A stretch of DNA of 64,000 nt from Planctomycetaceae bacterium (GTDB lineage: Bacteria; Planctomycetota; Planctomycetia; Planctomycetales; Planctomycetaceae), in contig JBGSUN010000001.1 in NCBI GenBank assembly GCA_041753475.1, forward strand, positions 46,242 to 110,241, written 5' to 3'. The notes under the pieces are model-generated. The model ran no database searches, had not been told where the DNA came from, and worked only from the letters and a program-made list of their open reading frames with translations. Both the position numbers and the translations under genes were made by a program. Shown here piece after piece: positions 40,195-48,994 of this stretch; the first letter of the stretch is position 1, and the number at the start of each line of letters is the position of its first letter.

Positions 40195-41001
40195 CTACGG
40201 ACCGATCCAGCGCCGAATCAGTTGCCGTGACGTCCACTCCCGAAACACCGATTCAATGGCGTCCGGAGTTGTTTCATCAATGATCGTGGCGAGCGCCTCA
40301 GCAATCGTTTCGCCGGACAGCAATCGTTCCAGCACGGCGGACTGCCACGCCGGAATTACCCAGCGGCGGACGATAAACTCTTGCCGGGCGATCAGCACGT
40401 GGGTTGCGCCTGGCTCCGGCAACGGCGGCGATTCATCACGGCGGACGGCCGAGCGGTATTCGTGGACCGGAAAATCACACCGCAACAATCGCACACACGG
40501 ATAAAACTCAATCCGCCCGGCGGCGAATTCCGCGGGATCACGCACGGCCATGCGCTCTTCTGGTGGCGTGCAGTCGGTCTCTGGTCCCTCGGCGTCAAAC
40601 GCTTCCGCAATGGTCCGTTCATAGCGGGCGAGATCCACCAGAAAGTCACCGAAGTCCGGGGCATCGTCGGTCTTCGGCGGTCTGAGTTCCTCGAGAAACT
40701 CCGGAAAGCGGCGGCCGAGTTCCCCCAGCGTGTAACTCCCCGGCGGATAGCGTTCGATGTACGCCACCGCGAACTCATTGAAGGTGTCGTCTCCCACCGC
40801 GGCGACCACGGCGGGGAACTCGCCACGGAGACATTCGCCGAGCCGGGCAAGATAAGCCGATTGATAAACCCGCAACCGTTCTTCAGCGGACAATCGTTGT
40901 GAAGGCAACAGGACGTTGGTGGAAAGCGGTGTGTCAGAGGGTGATCGTGTGATGGCCCCCAACATCCACTGTTGCACGTTCGCCAAGTGCGAAGCGGTCA
41001 T
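40195..41001 (-). CDS. DUF2063-family protein (HvfC/BufC-type partner of MNIO enzymes)
   Basis: RLRVYQSAYLARLGECLRGEFPAVVAAVGDDTFNEFAVAYIERYPPGSYTL...FLVDLARYERTIAEAF follows the DUF2063 pattern. ATG 41001 lies 5 nt after the stop of the DUF692 gene. Confidence 0.8.
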   Translation of the reverse strand: MTASHLANVQQWMLGAITRSPSDTPLSTNVLLPSQRLSAEERLRVYQSAYLARLGECLRGEFPAVVAAVGDDTFNEFAVAYIERYPPGSYTLGELGRRFPEFLEELRPPKTDDAPDFGDFLVDLARYERTIAEAFDAEGPETDCTPPEERMAVRDPAEFAAGRIEFYPCVRLLRCDFPVHEYRSAVRRDESPPLPEPGATHVLIARQEFIVRRWVIPAWQSAVLERLLSGETIAEALATIIDETTPDAIESVFREWTSRQLIRRWIGP

Positions 41002-41005
41002 GGTG

Positions 41006-41974
41006 TCACTCCGCATCGATGGTGACGAGGACGGCAGGCTGCGGGATGTGTTCCGCCGACATGTGTTGGGAGGGCGAAGCTCCCACTGAGCCGCTGATTG
41101 TCCCAGCGTCAGGGAGCCAGTGCCGCTCGGCAGCGACCACCCGCCATCCCTCAGGAGACACACAATCACGGGCGCGTTGCACTTCGGCTTCCAACCGGGC
41201 GAACGGCGGAATGTTCGCGTCCCATTCAATGAGCGTGGCGGCTTGCGGCGAACGGGCATGGGCCACGCGGAACAACTCCCACACGGCGTCGACCACCGGC
41301 CCGTCGTGTGTGTCGATCACATGCGTGTCGAGATCCGTGTGTCCCGCCAGATGAAACTGTACCACGCGCTCGGCAGGGATATTCGCCAGGTATTCGCGTG
41401 GATCGAAATCATGATTTCGTGACGACACATAAACATTGTTGACATCGAGCAGCAGTCCGCAGTCTGCTTCCACCGCCATCCGTGTGAGAAACTCCCATTC
41501 GGTCATGGTCGAATCGCGGAACGTCACATAACTGCTCGGGTTTTCCAACACGAGCGGACGTTCGAGAATGTCCTGAACAGTGCGGATGCGGTCAACAACG
41601 TGGCGTAGTGATTCCTCGGTGAACGGGATCGGCAGCAGATCGTGTGTGTTCCGACCGAGCACGCCGGTCCAGCAGACGTGATCCGACACCCACGCGGCCC
41701 GCACCCGATCCGCGAGCATTTTCAGCTTGCCGAGATATTCCCGATTCAGCGGATCGGTGCTGCCAATGGACAAACTCACGCCGTGCAAGACCACCGGAAA
41801 TCGTTCGGCGACTTGTTCGAGGACATAGCGCGGTCGGCCATGCGAATCGAGAAAGTTTTCGGAGATCGCTTCGAACCAGTCGACGCTCACCTCGTTACCA
41901 AGAATGTGGCCGAAATGGGTCGACCGCAGCCCCACGCCCCAGCCCAACGCAGGGAGACCTAGGCGGGGGGGCAT
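41006..41974 (-). CDS. DUF692-family multinuclear non-heme iron oxidase (MNIO; MbnB/HvfB/BufB/TglH family)
   Basis: [11 protein letters not shown]...[12 protein letters not shown]...[15 protein letters not shown]...[10 protein letters not shown]...[11 protein letters not shown]...[10 protein letters not shown]...[12 protein letters not shown]...VVQFHLAGH. The start was set at MPPRLG (41974). Confidence 0.88.
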   Translation of the reverse strand: MPPRLGLPALGWGVGLRSTHFGHILGNEVSVDWFEAISENFLDSHGRPRYVLEQVAERFPVVLHGVSLSIGSTDPLNREYLGKLKMLADRVRAAWVSDHVCWTGVLGRNTHDLLPIPFTEESLRHVVDRIRTVQDILERPLVLENPSSYVTFRDSTMTEWEFLTRMAVEADCGLLLDVNNVYVSSRNHDFDPREYLANIPAERVVQFHLAGHTDLDTHVIDTHDGPVVDAVWELFRVAHARSPQAATLIEWDANIPPFARLEAEVQRARDCVSPEGWRVVAAERHWLPDAGTISGSVGASPSQHMSAEHIPQPAVLVTIDAE

Positions 41975-42009
41975 GGGATGGTTCCTGTTGAGGAAGAAAA
42001 GAGAATCAC

Positions 42010-42168
42010 AGCCCGGAGCGCGAGCGACGGAAGACGATTGGAAAATGGAGAATGAGGAATTCAGAGTGAAGAATGGGGAATTGCATTCGTCATTTTGAAT
42101 TCTCCATTCGTCATTCTCCATTCTCGCGAATCCCTATTTCCATCCGCCGTCGCTGTCGCTCCGGGCTG
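42010..42168 (-). promoter_or_regulatory. Nested hairpin in the spacer between precursor and MNIO genes: family D arms enclosing an AT-rich imperfect palindrome
   Basis: The outer arms AGCCCGGAGCGCGAGCGACGG (42010-42030) and CCGTCGCTGTCGCTCCGGGCT (42147-42167) are complementary at 19 of 21 positions. The inner pair is GGAGAATGAGGAATTCA (42047-42063) and TGAATTC-n8-TCATTCTCC (42096-42119). Confidence 0.7.
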
Positions 42169-42180
42169 AGACAGCGGGAA

Positions 42181-42660
42181 TCAACTCTTCGCCGGGGCGG
42201 AGCCGACTTCTTTGCCCTTCTTTTTCATCGCGGTTTCGAATGCCGTGCGGGCTTTCTGCCAGACTTCATCCATCAACGGCACGTGGCAGCCGCCCTCGGC
42301 TTTGCACGCGTTTTGTCCCGGGAGTTCGCCGCATCCCGCCTGGCCTTTGCATTCGTGAGCACCGCCGCAGGCATGATCGGCGACGCTGGCACAGGTTCCC
42401 TGACCGGCACACTCGTTTTCCTTGCTGCGGCCGAGTCCCTTACAGGTGTTGAGCCCGCGGCAGACGTGCAGGTCATCGACGAGCAACTCTTCCTGCGGCG
42501 TGAGCGCGGACGCATCACCCGCCGGTGGCGCTGTGATCATCGGGCCCGGTCCCCTCCCCATCGGCTTCCCACAGCCGAGCGCCCCGCCTGCCGCAAATCC
42601 GGCGAACGCTGCCAGAGTCCATTTCTGAAAATCACGGCGGTCCAGTTGTTCTCGATCCAT
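42181..42660 (-). CDS. Exported Cys-rich protein, candidate MNIO substrate (bufferin/HvfA-like precursor)
   Basis: N-terminal RRDFQKW plus a hydrophobic stretch ending in LGCG. The core holds nine Cys, mostly as C-x5-C pairs within Gly/Lys-rich CKGxGxC-like motifs. It lies directly upstream of the DUF692 and DUF2063 genes. Confidence 0.75.
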   Translation of the reverse strand: MDREQLDRRDFQKWTLAAFAGFAAGGALGCGKPMGRGPGPMITAPPAGDASALTPQEELLVDDLHVCRGLNTCKGLGRSKENECAGQGTCASVADHACGGAHECKGQAGCGELPGQNACKAEGGCHVPLMDEVWQKARTAFETAMKKKGKEVGSAPAKS

Positions 42661-42741
42661 CGCGCTGTGTCCTTAGAGAATTGAACGAAGCTTCGTTTGC
42701 GAATTGTAGCGGGGAGGTCGCGAAAATGCGTGAGTGACGTC

Positions 42742-42820
42742 GGAGGGCACGCGGCGGAATCAGCGCGGGGCGCGAAACCGCAACGCGTGGATCGTCCGCT
42801 TGCGGTTTCGCGCCTCGCGC
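42742..42820. repeat. Family C repeat, copy 2: two inverted core copies forming a ~24-bp stem
   Basis: GCGCGGGGCGCGAAACCGCAACGCG-tggatcgtc-CGCTTGCGGTTTCGCGCCTCGCGC, preceded by GGAGGGCACGCGGCGGAATCA as in copy 1. Confidence 0.85.
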
Positions 42821-42954
42821 CGAACGCTCGCCAGTGTTCCCCCACATCCACCATTTCTCTGCCAGATCGTCCTTGTCAGGCTTGTATCGTGGTGGGATAA
42901 TGCTGTGACCTGCCTGAAACGCCTCGGATCGCTCCCGCCGCGTGAGATCCCACC

Positions 42955-45246
42955 ATGACGAAAATCTCTTCCCGCTTCCTCGCTGTGACACTCATCGCTG
43001 TCGGCGCTTCGGTCTCCGCAGCAGAGCGGACCGGTGCAATCGTCTATCGTGAAATGTGTGCTTCCTGCCACGGACCGAACGGTGAGGGCACTCCGAAGGC
43101 GTACCCGGAACCGTTGCTCGGGGATAAATCGGTCAAGGAACTGGCGGTCGTCATTGCCAAGACGATGCCGGAGAACCAGCCCACGAAGTGCAGCCCGGAA
43201 GACGCTCAACTCGTTGCGGAGTACATTCACGAAGCGTTCTACTCCCCACTGGCCCAGGCCCGCATCAAACCGGCACGGGTAGCCCTTTCGCGACTGACAG
43301 TCCGGCAGTATCGGGAATCGATTGCGGACTTGTTCGCCGAACTGCGACCATCGGAATCGCCGAATGGTGAACTCGGTCTGCGGGGGAATTATTCGCCGAA
43401 CCGCCGTTCCCGCGACCGGGACCGGAACCGTGACGCCACCCTCGACCGCCTCGATTCCGTAGTCCAGTTTGATTTTGGTGAAGGAAAGCCCATCGACGAT
43501 GAGCGTTTGAAGGCGGACGAATTCTCCATCCAGTGGAGTGGCTCGGTCTTCATCCCCGAAACCGGGAACTACGAGTTCGTGGTGAAGACGGCCAACGGCA
43601 TGAAGTTGTGGGTCAACGACAACAACGTCCCCTTGATCGACGGCAGTGTCCGTTCGGGGAACGATGTCGAGCATCGGGAATCGCGTTTCCTGCTCGGCGG
43701 CCGGTACTATCCCCTCCGGCTGGAATTCTTCAAATCGAACAAGGCCAAGGAAAAGAAAGCGGCCATCGCGCTGCACTGGACGCGGCCGAATCACACGACC
43801 GAATTGATCGACACGCGGTATCTTTCGCCACACCGGTCACGCGAAACGCTGGTGGTCCAGACGCCGTTCCCCGCCGATGACCGCAGCGTCGGTTATGAGC
43901 GGGGGACGTCGGTTTCCAAGGAGTGGGACCAGGCGACCACTGATGGCGCACTGGAAGTGGCCGCGATGCTGTTGCGTGAGGTGAACCCACTTGCCGGGAC
44001 GAAACCCGACGCCGAGGATCGGAAACAGAAGGTGCAGGACTTCACGCTGCAACTCGCCGCGAGGGCGTTTCGCCGACCGCTGAATGAGGAAACCCAGGCC
44101 CTGTTCGTGAAGCAGTTCGCGGACAACGCGGATGTCGACACGGCGTTCCAGCGCTGCGTGCTGTTTCTGTTGAAGTCGCCACGGTTTCTGTATCGCGAAG
44201 TGGAGGGAACCCCGACCGATCCGTGGAATGTGGCGTCCCGGATCGCGTTCACGTTGTGGGATTCCTTGCCGGACAAACCGCTGCGACAGGCCGCCGCGAA
44301 TGGGCAGTTGGCGAATCAGGACCAGATTCGTTCGCAGGTGGAGCGGATGGCCGCCGATCCCCGCGCCCAAGCGAAATTGAACGCCTTCCTGCGACAGTGG
44401 ACCCGGATGGATGCGCTGATCGACATCGCCAAGGATTCCAAACTCTATCCGGAGTTCGATCCCGCCGCCGTGTCCGATCTGCGCACGTCACTGGAACTCG
44501 CCCTTAGTGATGTCGCGACCCAGCCGCAGGCGACGTATCGCCAGTTGATTCTCGACGATCAACTCTACCTCAACGATCGCCTCGCGAGGTTGTATGGTGG
44601 TGAGCTGCCCGCGGACGCGCTGTTGCCGTCGTCCACCACATTCCGGAAATGGAAGCTTCCAGGGGAATCTCGTGTCGGTGTGGTCACGCATCCGTTCCTG
44701 ATGGCGGGTTTTGCGTACACGGCATCGAGTTCGCCGATTCATCGTGGCGTGTATTTGTCGCGCACGATGCTGGGCCGCAGTCTGAAACCGCCGCCGGTGG
44801 CCATTGCACCGGAAATTGCGGATCTGCATCCCGACTTGACCACCCGACAGCGGGTGGAATTGCAGACCGAACCTGAGTTCTGCCAGGGCTGCCACGTCAT
44901 GATCAATTCGCTCGGGTTCACTCTCGAAAGTTTCGACGCCCTTGGTCGCTGGCGCAAGGAAGAAAAGGGGAAGCCGATCGACGACACCGGTTTGTACATC
45001 ACCCGCGACGGTGAAGAGCGTCGGATTCAGGGAGCCCTCGAAATGGGGGCGTACCTGGTTGACAGTCCCGAAAGCCGGCAGGCATTTGTTCAGCAGATGT
45101 TTCACTTTCTGGCGAAGCAGCCGATCCGGGCCTACGGGGCTGATGTCCCCACCGCCCTCGGCCGATCTTTCTTGCAGAACGATCAACAAATTCGCATGCT
45201 AATGATTGATATAGCGACCACCGTCGCCGCGACGGGGTTGAATTGA
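42955..45246 (+). CDS. Planctomycete-type cytochrome-c-motif protein with a PA14-like insert and DUF1592/DUF1588/DUF1585 domains
   Basis: CASCHG heme-type motif, PA14-like [50 protein letters not shown]...KPPP (DUF1588) and [25 protein letters not shown] (DUF1585). Confidence 0.85.
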   Translation: MTKISSRFLAVTLIAVGASVSAAERTGAIVYREMCASCHGPNGEGTPKAYPEPLLGDKSVKELAVVIAKTMPENQPTKCSPEDAQLVAEYIHEAFYSPLAQARIKPARVALSRLTVRQYRESIADLFAELRPSESPNGELGLRGNYSPNRRSRDRDRNRDATLDRLDSVVQFDFGEGKPIDDERLKADEFSIQWSGSVFIPETGNYEFVVKTANGMKLWVNDNNVPLIDGSVRSGNDVEHRESRFLLGGRYYPLRLEFFKSNKAKEKKAAIALHWTRPNHTTELIDTRYLSPHRSRETLVVQTPFPADDRSVGYERGTSVSKEWDQATTDGALEVAAMLLREVNPLAGTKPDAEDRKQKVQDFTLQLAARAFRRPLNEETQALFVKQFADNADVDTAFQRCVLFLLKSPRFLYREVEGTPTDPWNVASRIAFTLWDSLPDKPLRQAAANGQLANQDQIRSQVERMAADPRAQAKLNAFLRQWTRMDALIDIAKDSKLYPEFDPAAVSDLRTSLELALSDVATQPQATYRQLILDDQLYLNDRLARLYGGELPADALLPSSTTFRKWKLPGESRVGVVTHPFLMAGFAYTASSSPIHRGVYLSRTMLGRSLKPPPVAIAPEIADLHPDLTTRQRVELQTEPEFCQGCHVMINSLGFTLESFDALGRWRKEEKGKPIDDTGLYITRDGEERRIQGALEMGAYLVDSPESRQAFVQQMFHFLAKQPIRAYGADVPTALGRSFLQNDQQIRMLMIDIATTVAATGLN

Positions 45247-45259
45247 AGAGGCACGCAAC

Positions 45260-45291
45260 GCAACCCGGCCGCTTCCGGGCAGCCGGGTTGC
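45260..45291. repeat. Family B hairpin (variant)
   Basis: GCAACCCGGCCGC-ttccgg-GCAGCCGGGTTGC, 14 nt after the stop at 45246. Confidence 0.85.
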
Positions 45292-45312
45292 TGAGAATAC
45301 GACACCGATCAA

Positions 45313-45344
45313 GCATCCCGGCTGCGAAGAAGCAGCCGGGATGC
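45313..45344. repeat. Family B hairpin (perfect 13-bp stem)
   Basis: GCATCCCGGCTGC-gaagaa-GCAGCCGGGATGC. Confidence 0.9.
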
Positions 45345-45379
45345 GACGAGTCCATCCCGCCGAAAACGGAATCCCACTC

Positions 45380-46696
45380 ATGACCTACCGATCCTCCCGC
45401 CGCGAATTTCTGCGTGATCTCGGCCTCAGTGCTGCGGCGTTGCCGTTTGTGTGCAATCTGCCGAGCCTGGGGTTCGCGAACCAGACGCAGCGGAAGCAGC
45501 GGCTGATCGTCATGTTCAGTCCGAACGGCATCGTGCCCGATCAATTCTGGCCGGACGAAGAAGGGGCGGACTTCAAGCTCAAAACGATTCTCTCACCGCT
45601 GGAATCGCTGAAGAATCGCACGCTGGTTTTGAACGGCGTCTGCGACAAAATCCGTGGCGACGGCGACAGCCACATGCGCGGCATGGGTTGCCTTCTCACC
45701 GGCTGCGAACTCTTCCCCGGCAACATCCAAGGTGGTTCCGACACCCCCGCCGGTTGGGCCAGTGGCCTGTCGATCGATCAGGAAATCAAGAATTTTCTGC
45801 AAGCCGATGCTGCCACGCGCACACGGTTCGGTTCCCTCGAATTCGGCGTGATGGTGCCCGACCGGGCCGATACGTGGACCCGGATGGTTTACTCGGGTCC
45901 GAATAAGCCGGTCGCACCGATCGATGATCCATACCAGATGTTCAACAAGCTCTACGGTCAGAAAAAGAATCAGGAAAGCCTCCGCAGCATCGTCGACGCA
46001 TTGAAGGACGACTTCCGTAAGCTCGAACCGCACGTCAGCGGGGAAGATCGCGCTCTGTTAGACGAACACGCCACGCTGGTCCGTGATTTTGAACGCGAAC
46101 TGCAAGCCAACCCGGACGGACTGAACCATCCCGAGCCCGTGCTGGAACAGGGCATCAAGGAAGAGAACGACAATATCCCGAAGATCAGCAAGATGCAGAT
46201 TGACCTGCTGGTCCAAAGTTTCCAGGCCGACTTCGCCCGCCTCGCCACGTTCCAGATCACGAACTCCGTGGGCGGTGCGAAGATGCGGTGGCTCGGCATC
46301 GAAGAAGGTCACCACGAACTGTCGCACGAGCCGGACAAGAATGAATCCGCGCAGGACAAGCTCACGCGAATCAACAAGTGGTACTGTGAGCAACTGGCCT
46401 ATCTCGCCGAACGGTTGGCCGCGACGCCGGAACCGGGCGGGCAAGGGAGCCTGCTCGATAACACACTGATCATCTGGACGAACGAACTTGGCAAGGGGAA
46501 CTCGCACACCCTCAACAACATCCCGTTCGTGCTCGTCGGCAACGGCCTCGATTTCCAGATGGGCCGTTCAGTCAAGTTTGACAAGGTCGCCCACAACCGC
46601 CTGCTGATGTCGCTCGCTCACGGCTTCGGTCACCGCCTCACGAAGTTCGGCAACCCCGACTTCTGCGGCGACGGGCCGTTGTCGAATCTGACGTAA
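45380..46696 (+). CDS. DUF1552-family protein with a twin-arginine signal
   Basis: [24 protein letters not shown]. It is collinear with the 29379-30713 paralogue (e.g. [36 protein letters not shown]). Confidence 0.85.
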   Translation: MTYRSSRREFLRDLGLSAAALPFVCNLPSLGFANQTQRKQRLIVMFSPNGIVPDQFWPDEEGADFKLKTILSPLESLKNRTLVLNGVCDKIRGDGDSHMRGMGCLLTGCELFPGNIQGGSDTPAGWASGLSIDQEIKNFLQADAATRTRFGSLEFGVMVPDRADTWTRMVYSGPNKPVAPIDDPYQMFNKLYGQKKNQESLRSIVDALKDDFRKLEPHVSGEDRALLDEHATLVRDFERELQANPDGLNHPEPVLEQGIKEENDNIPKISKMQIDLLVQSFQADFARLATFQITNSVGGAKMRWLGIEEGHHELSHEPDKNESAQDKLTRINKWYCEQLAYLAERLAATPEPGGQGSLLDNTLIIWTNELGKGNSHTLNNIPFVLVGNGLDFQMGRSVKFDKVAHNRLLMSLAHGFGHRLTKFGNPDFCGDGPLSNLT

Positions 46697-46709
46697 CGCA
46701 CCGATCTCA

Positions 46710-46741
46710 CGTTTGCGGTTTCGCGCCCCGCGCCGATCCGG
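46710..46741. repeat. Family C repeat, copy 3 (inverted orientation)
   Basis: CGTTTGCGGTTTCGCGCCCCGCGCCGATCCGG is the reverse complement of ...GATCGGCGCGGGGCGCGAAACCGCAAACG. Confidence 0.85.
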
Positions 46742-46770
46742 ATCGATCACCGCAACCTTCTCAACGTCGC

Positions 46771-48870
46771 CTACTTCACCGGACTCGGCCGGTCGTCGGC
46801 AGTCACCGGGACAAACTGCACGGCGTCGAGAATCACGTGGCCGTCGGTGCCGGTGTTGCTGATCGTCACGCGGAGTCCGTTTCCGGCGTCGGCATTGAAG
46901 GCTCCCACGGAGGCATACCCGCCCACACGCGGGGCTTTGCGCTGGTCGAGCGTCACCATTTTGGAGTCTTTCCGTGTGCTGATCGTCACCGGCACGTTGG
47001 TCGCGCGGTTGGGGTTGGCGGTGTAATAGATGCGGATCTCGTAGAGTCCCGGCCGCGGCAATTTGGGTGTGAAAGCGCCTTTCTTTTCACCTTTGGCTTC
47101 GTTGCCGTCGTGGATGTAGTCGCCGCCGACAAAGCCGCCGATCGACGCGCTGGAGGCCCAGTGTCCTTCGAGTTGCGCGTCGATATTGTCGACCACCACG
47201 CCTTCCATCTTCGCGGGATCCAGACCGGTCGCAGCGACGGCGTTCCGCACCGGGCCGGTCCATTCGAGCACCTGACCTTCCGCCAGCAACCGTTCACGGA
47301 GCTTGGCGTAGTCGACATCTTGCACAGCACCGCCGGCGTCGATGGCCATCACCGCGGCCGTGGCGGACGATTGTCCCAGCACCATAAAGACTGGTTCCAT
47401 CCGAATCGAACCGTAGGCAATGTGTGACGCCGCCAGGCAGACGGGAACCAGCAGGTTTTCGCAATCGGTCTTCTTCGGACGAATCGAACGGTAACTGATG
47501 CGGTACGGTGAGACGCCGACCTGGATGTCCCCTTCGTTGCGGACCAAGCCATCCGCCGTGACATAGCGCTGGCAGTTGTGCGAATCCATGTTGTACGCCC
47601 CGAGACCGACCGGGTCTTCGGGAATGACCTTTTGCTGGCAATGCTGTTGCGACATGACATATTCCGAGATCATCCGGCGGGCTTCACGGACATACATCTG
47701 ATGCGGCCAGTTGTCGCTGTCGACGAACTCGTCTTTTGCCAATCCCAACTTGGTGAACTCGCCCCGAATCTTCTCGGGAACCCGTGGGTGATTGGCCAGC
47801 GTGTACATCAGCCCGAGTTGATACCGCTTGTGTTCTTCAAAGATGCGGTCGCGTGTGGCGTAATCGGCGTCAGGATAGGCATAGTTCGCGCCGATGAAGT
47901 CGGTGCTGATCGCAAAATTGTTGTTCGTATCAGTCTTCCGGTTCGGCATGAAAATCGGATTCCACGGCGAGCGCATGTCCCCGGCGTCGCAGTTCCGCAG
48001 CACGAGTTCGTACGTCTTTTCGTCGTATCCCTCGGGCTTCCACCACGCGCGGCGGTTTTCGGCGACATCGGTCGTACACATGCGGAAGTTGTAAGCCTGC
48101 ACGCGATGGTCGCCATCGCCATCACTACCGGGCGGTTCGGCCTGGACGAGGGGTAGCAACCCACTGCTACGGTCGCCGGGTTTGACGAACGGATCGACCG
48201 GCTTGATGAACTGGTGCGCACGCGCATGAGCAACCTGAATGCCGTTGAGCGTCTCGCCGTAGACTTTGTTGGCTTCACGACCGACGTGATACGGCACACC
48301 CGCTTTCGCCATCAGATCGCCTTCGTAGGTCGCGTCGATAAACATTTTCCCAGCGTAAGTCTTGCCAGACTCCATGCGGATGGACGCAATCCGTTTGCCG
48401 GCCATCGTGATACCCTTTTTTAGATCAAGCCGTTCGTTGAAGACGACTTCAATGTTCGCTTCCTTGAGCCAGTCGCGATATACCTGCTCGGCAACATGCG
48501 GTTCAAACATCCATTGCTCGGGTTCGCCGGGGGTGCTGCGACGCCCTTTGTAGTCGGCTTTCTTTTCCCGAGTCCACGCGGCGTCGTTTTCATAGTGCTT
48601 GCCGATGCGGCGGTAAAACTCGCGCGAGAGCCCGCCGATTGCGGCCTTGTTGCCGATGTCGGTGGCTCCCAACCCGCCGGACGTCAGCCCGCCGATGTGG
48701 CGACCGGGTTCGATCAAGACGACGGACTTCCCCATCCGCTTGGCCTGAATTGCGGCGATCGCGCCGCCGGAAGTAGCTCCGTAAACCACCACATCAGTGT
48801 TCACCTCTTGAGCCGTCATGGGTGTGGCCAGGCTGACAACCGCCGTGAACAACAAGCCGCGTGAGAACAT
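46771..48870 (-). CDS. Exported FAD-dependent oxidoreductase (FAD_oxidored family, often annotated xanthan-lyase-like) with a C-terminal beta-sandwich domain
   Basis: VVVYGATSGGAIAAIQAKRMGKSVVLIEPGRHIGGLTSGGLG dinucleotide-binding motif. A signal peptide starts at MFSRGLLFTAVV (ATG 48870, GGAG upstream). Confidence 0.8.
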   Translation of the reverse strand: MFSRGLLFTAVVSLATPMTAQEVNTDVVVYGATSGGAIAAIQAKRMGKSVVLIEPGRHIGGLTSGGLGATDIGNKAAIGGLSREFYRRIGKHYENDAAWTREKKADYKGRRSTPGEPEQWMFEPHVAEQVYRDWLKEANIEVVFNERLDLKKGITMAGKRIASIRMESGKTYAGKMFIDATYEGDLMAKAGVPYHVGREANKVYGETLNGIQVAHARAHQFIKPVDPFVKPGDRSSGLLPLVQAEPPGSDGDGDHRVQAYNFRMCTTDVAENRRAWWKPEGYDEKTYELVLRNCDAGDMRSPWNPIFMPNRKTDTNNNFAISTDFIGANYAYPDADYATRDRIFEEHKRYQLGLMYTLANHPRVPEKIRGEFTKLGLAKDEFVDSDNWPHQMYVREARRMISEYVMSQQHCQQKVIPEDPVGLGAYNMDSHNCQRYVTADGLVRNEGDIQVGVSPYRISYRSIRPKKTDCENLLVPVCLAASHIAYGSIRMEPVFMVLGQSSATAAVMAIDAGGAVQDVDYAKLRERLLAEGQVLEWTGPVRNAVAATGLDPAKMEGVVVDNIDAQLEGHWASSASIGGFVGGDYIHDGNEAKGEKKGAFTPKLPRPGLYEIRIYYTANPNRATNVPVTISTRKDSKMVTLDQRKAPRVGGYASVGAFNADAGNGLRVTISNTGTDGHVILDAVQFVPVTADDRPSPVK

Positions 48871-48994
48871 GGAGGCTGTCTCCGAATCATGGTGAGCGAA
48901 GGTCCGTTGCGGCATGATACCATCCGCCAGTGAAATCGTCTCAACCCGGAAGCCCAGGGATTCCGATCCCGGAGTCTCGGTCATTGGATTGCTG

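Noticed and set aside
42760-43833. 357-aa minus-strand ORF overlapping the start of the PA14/DUF1592-family gene and the family C repeat
   Set aside because: It is antisense to a well-supported gene. Its N-terminal part is generated by the repeat, and no motifs are present.
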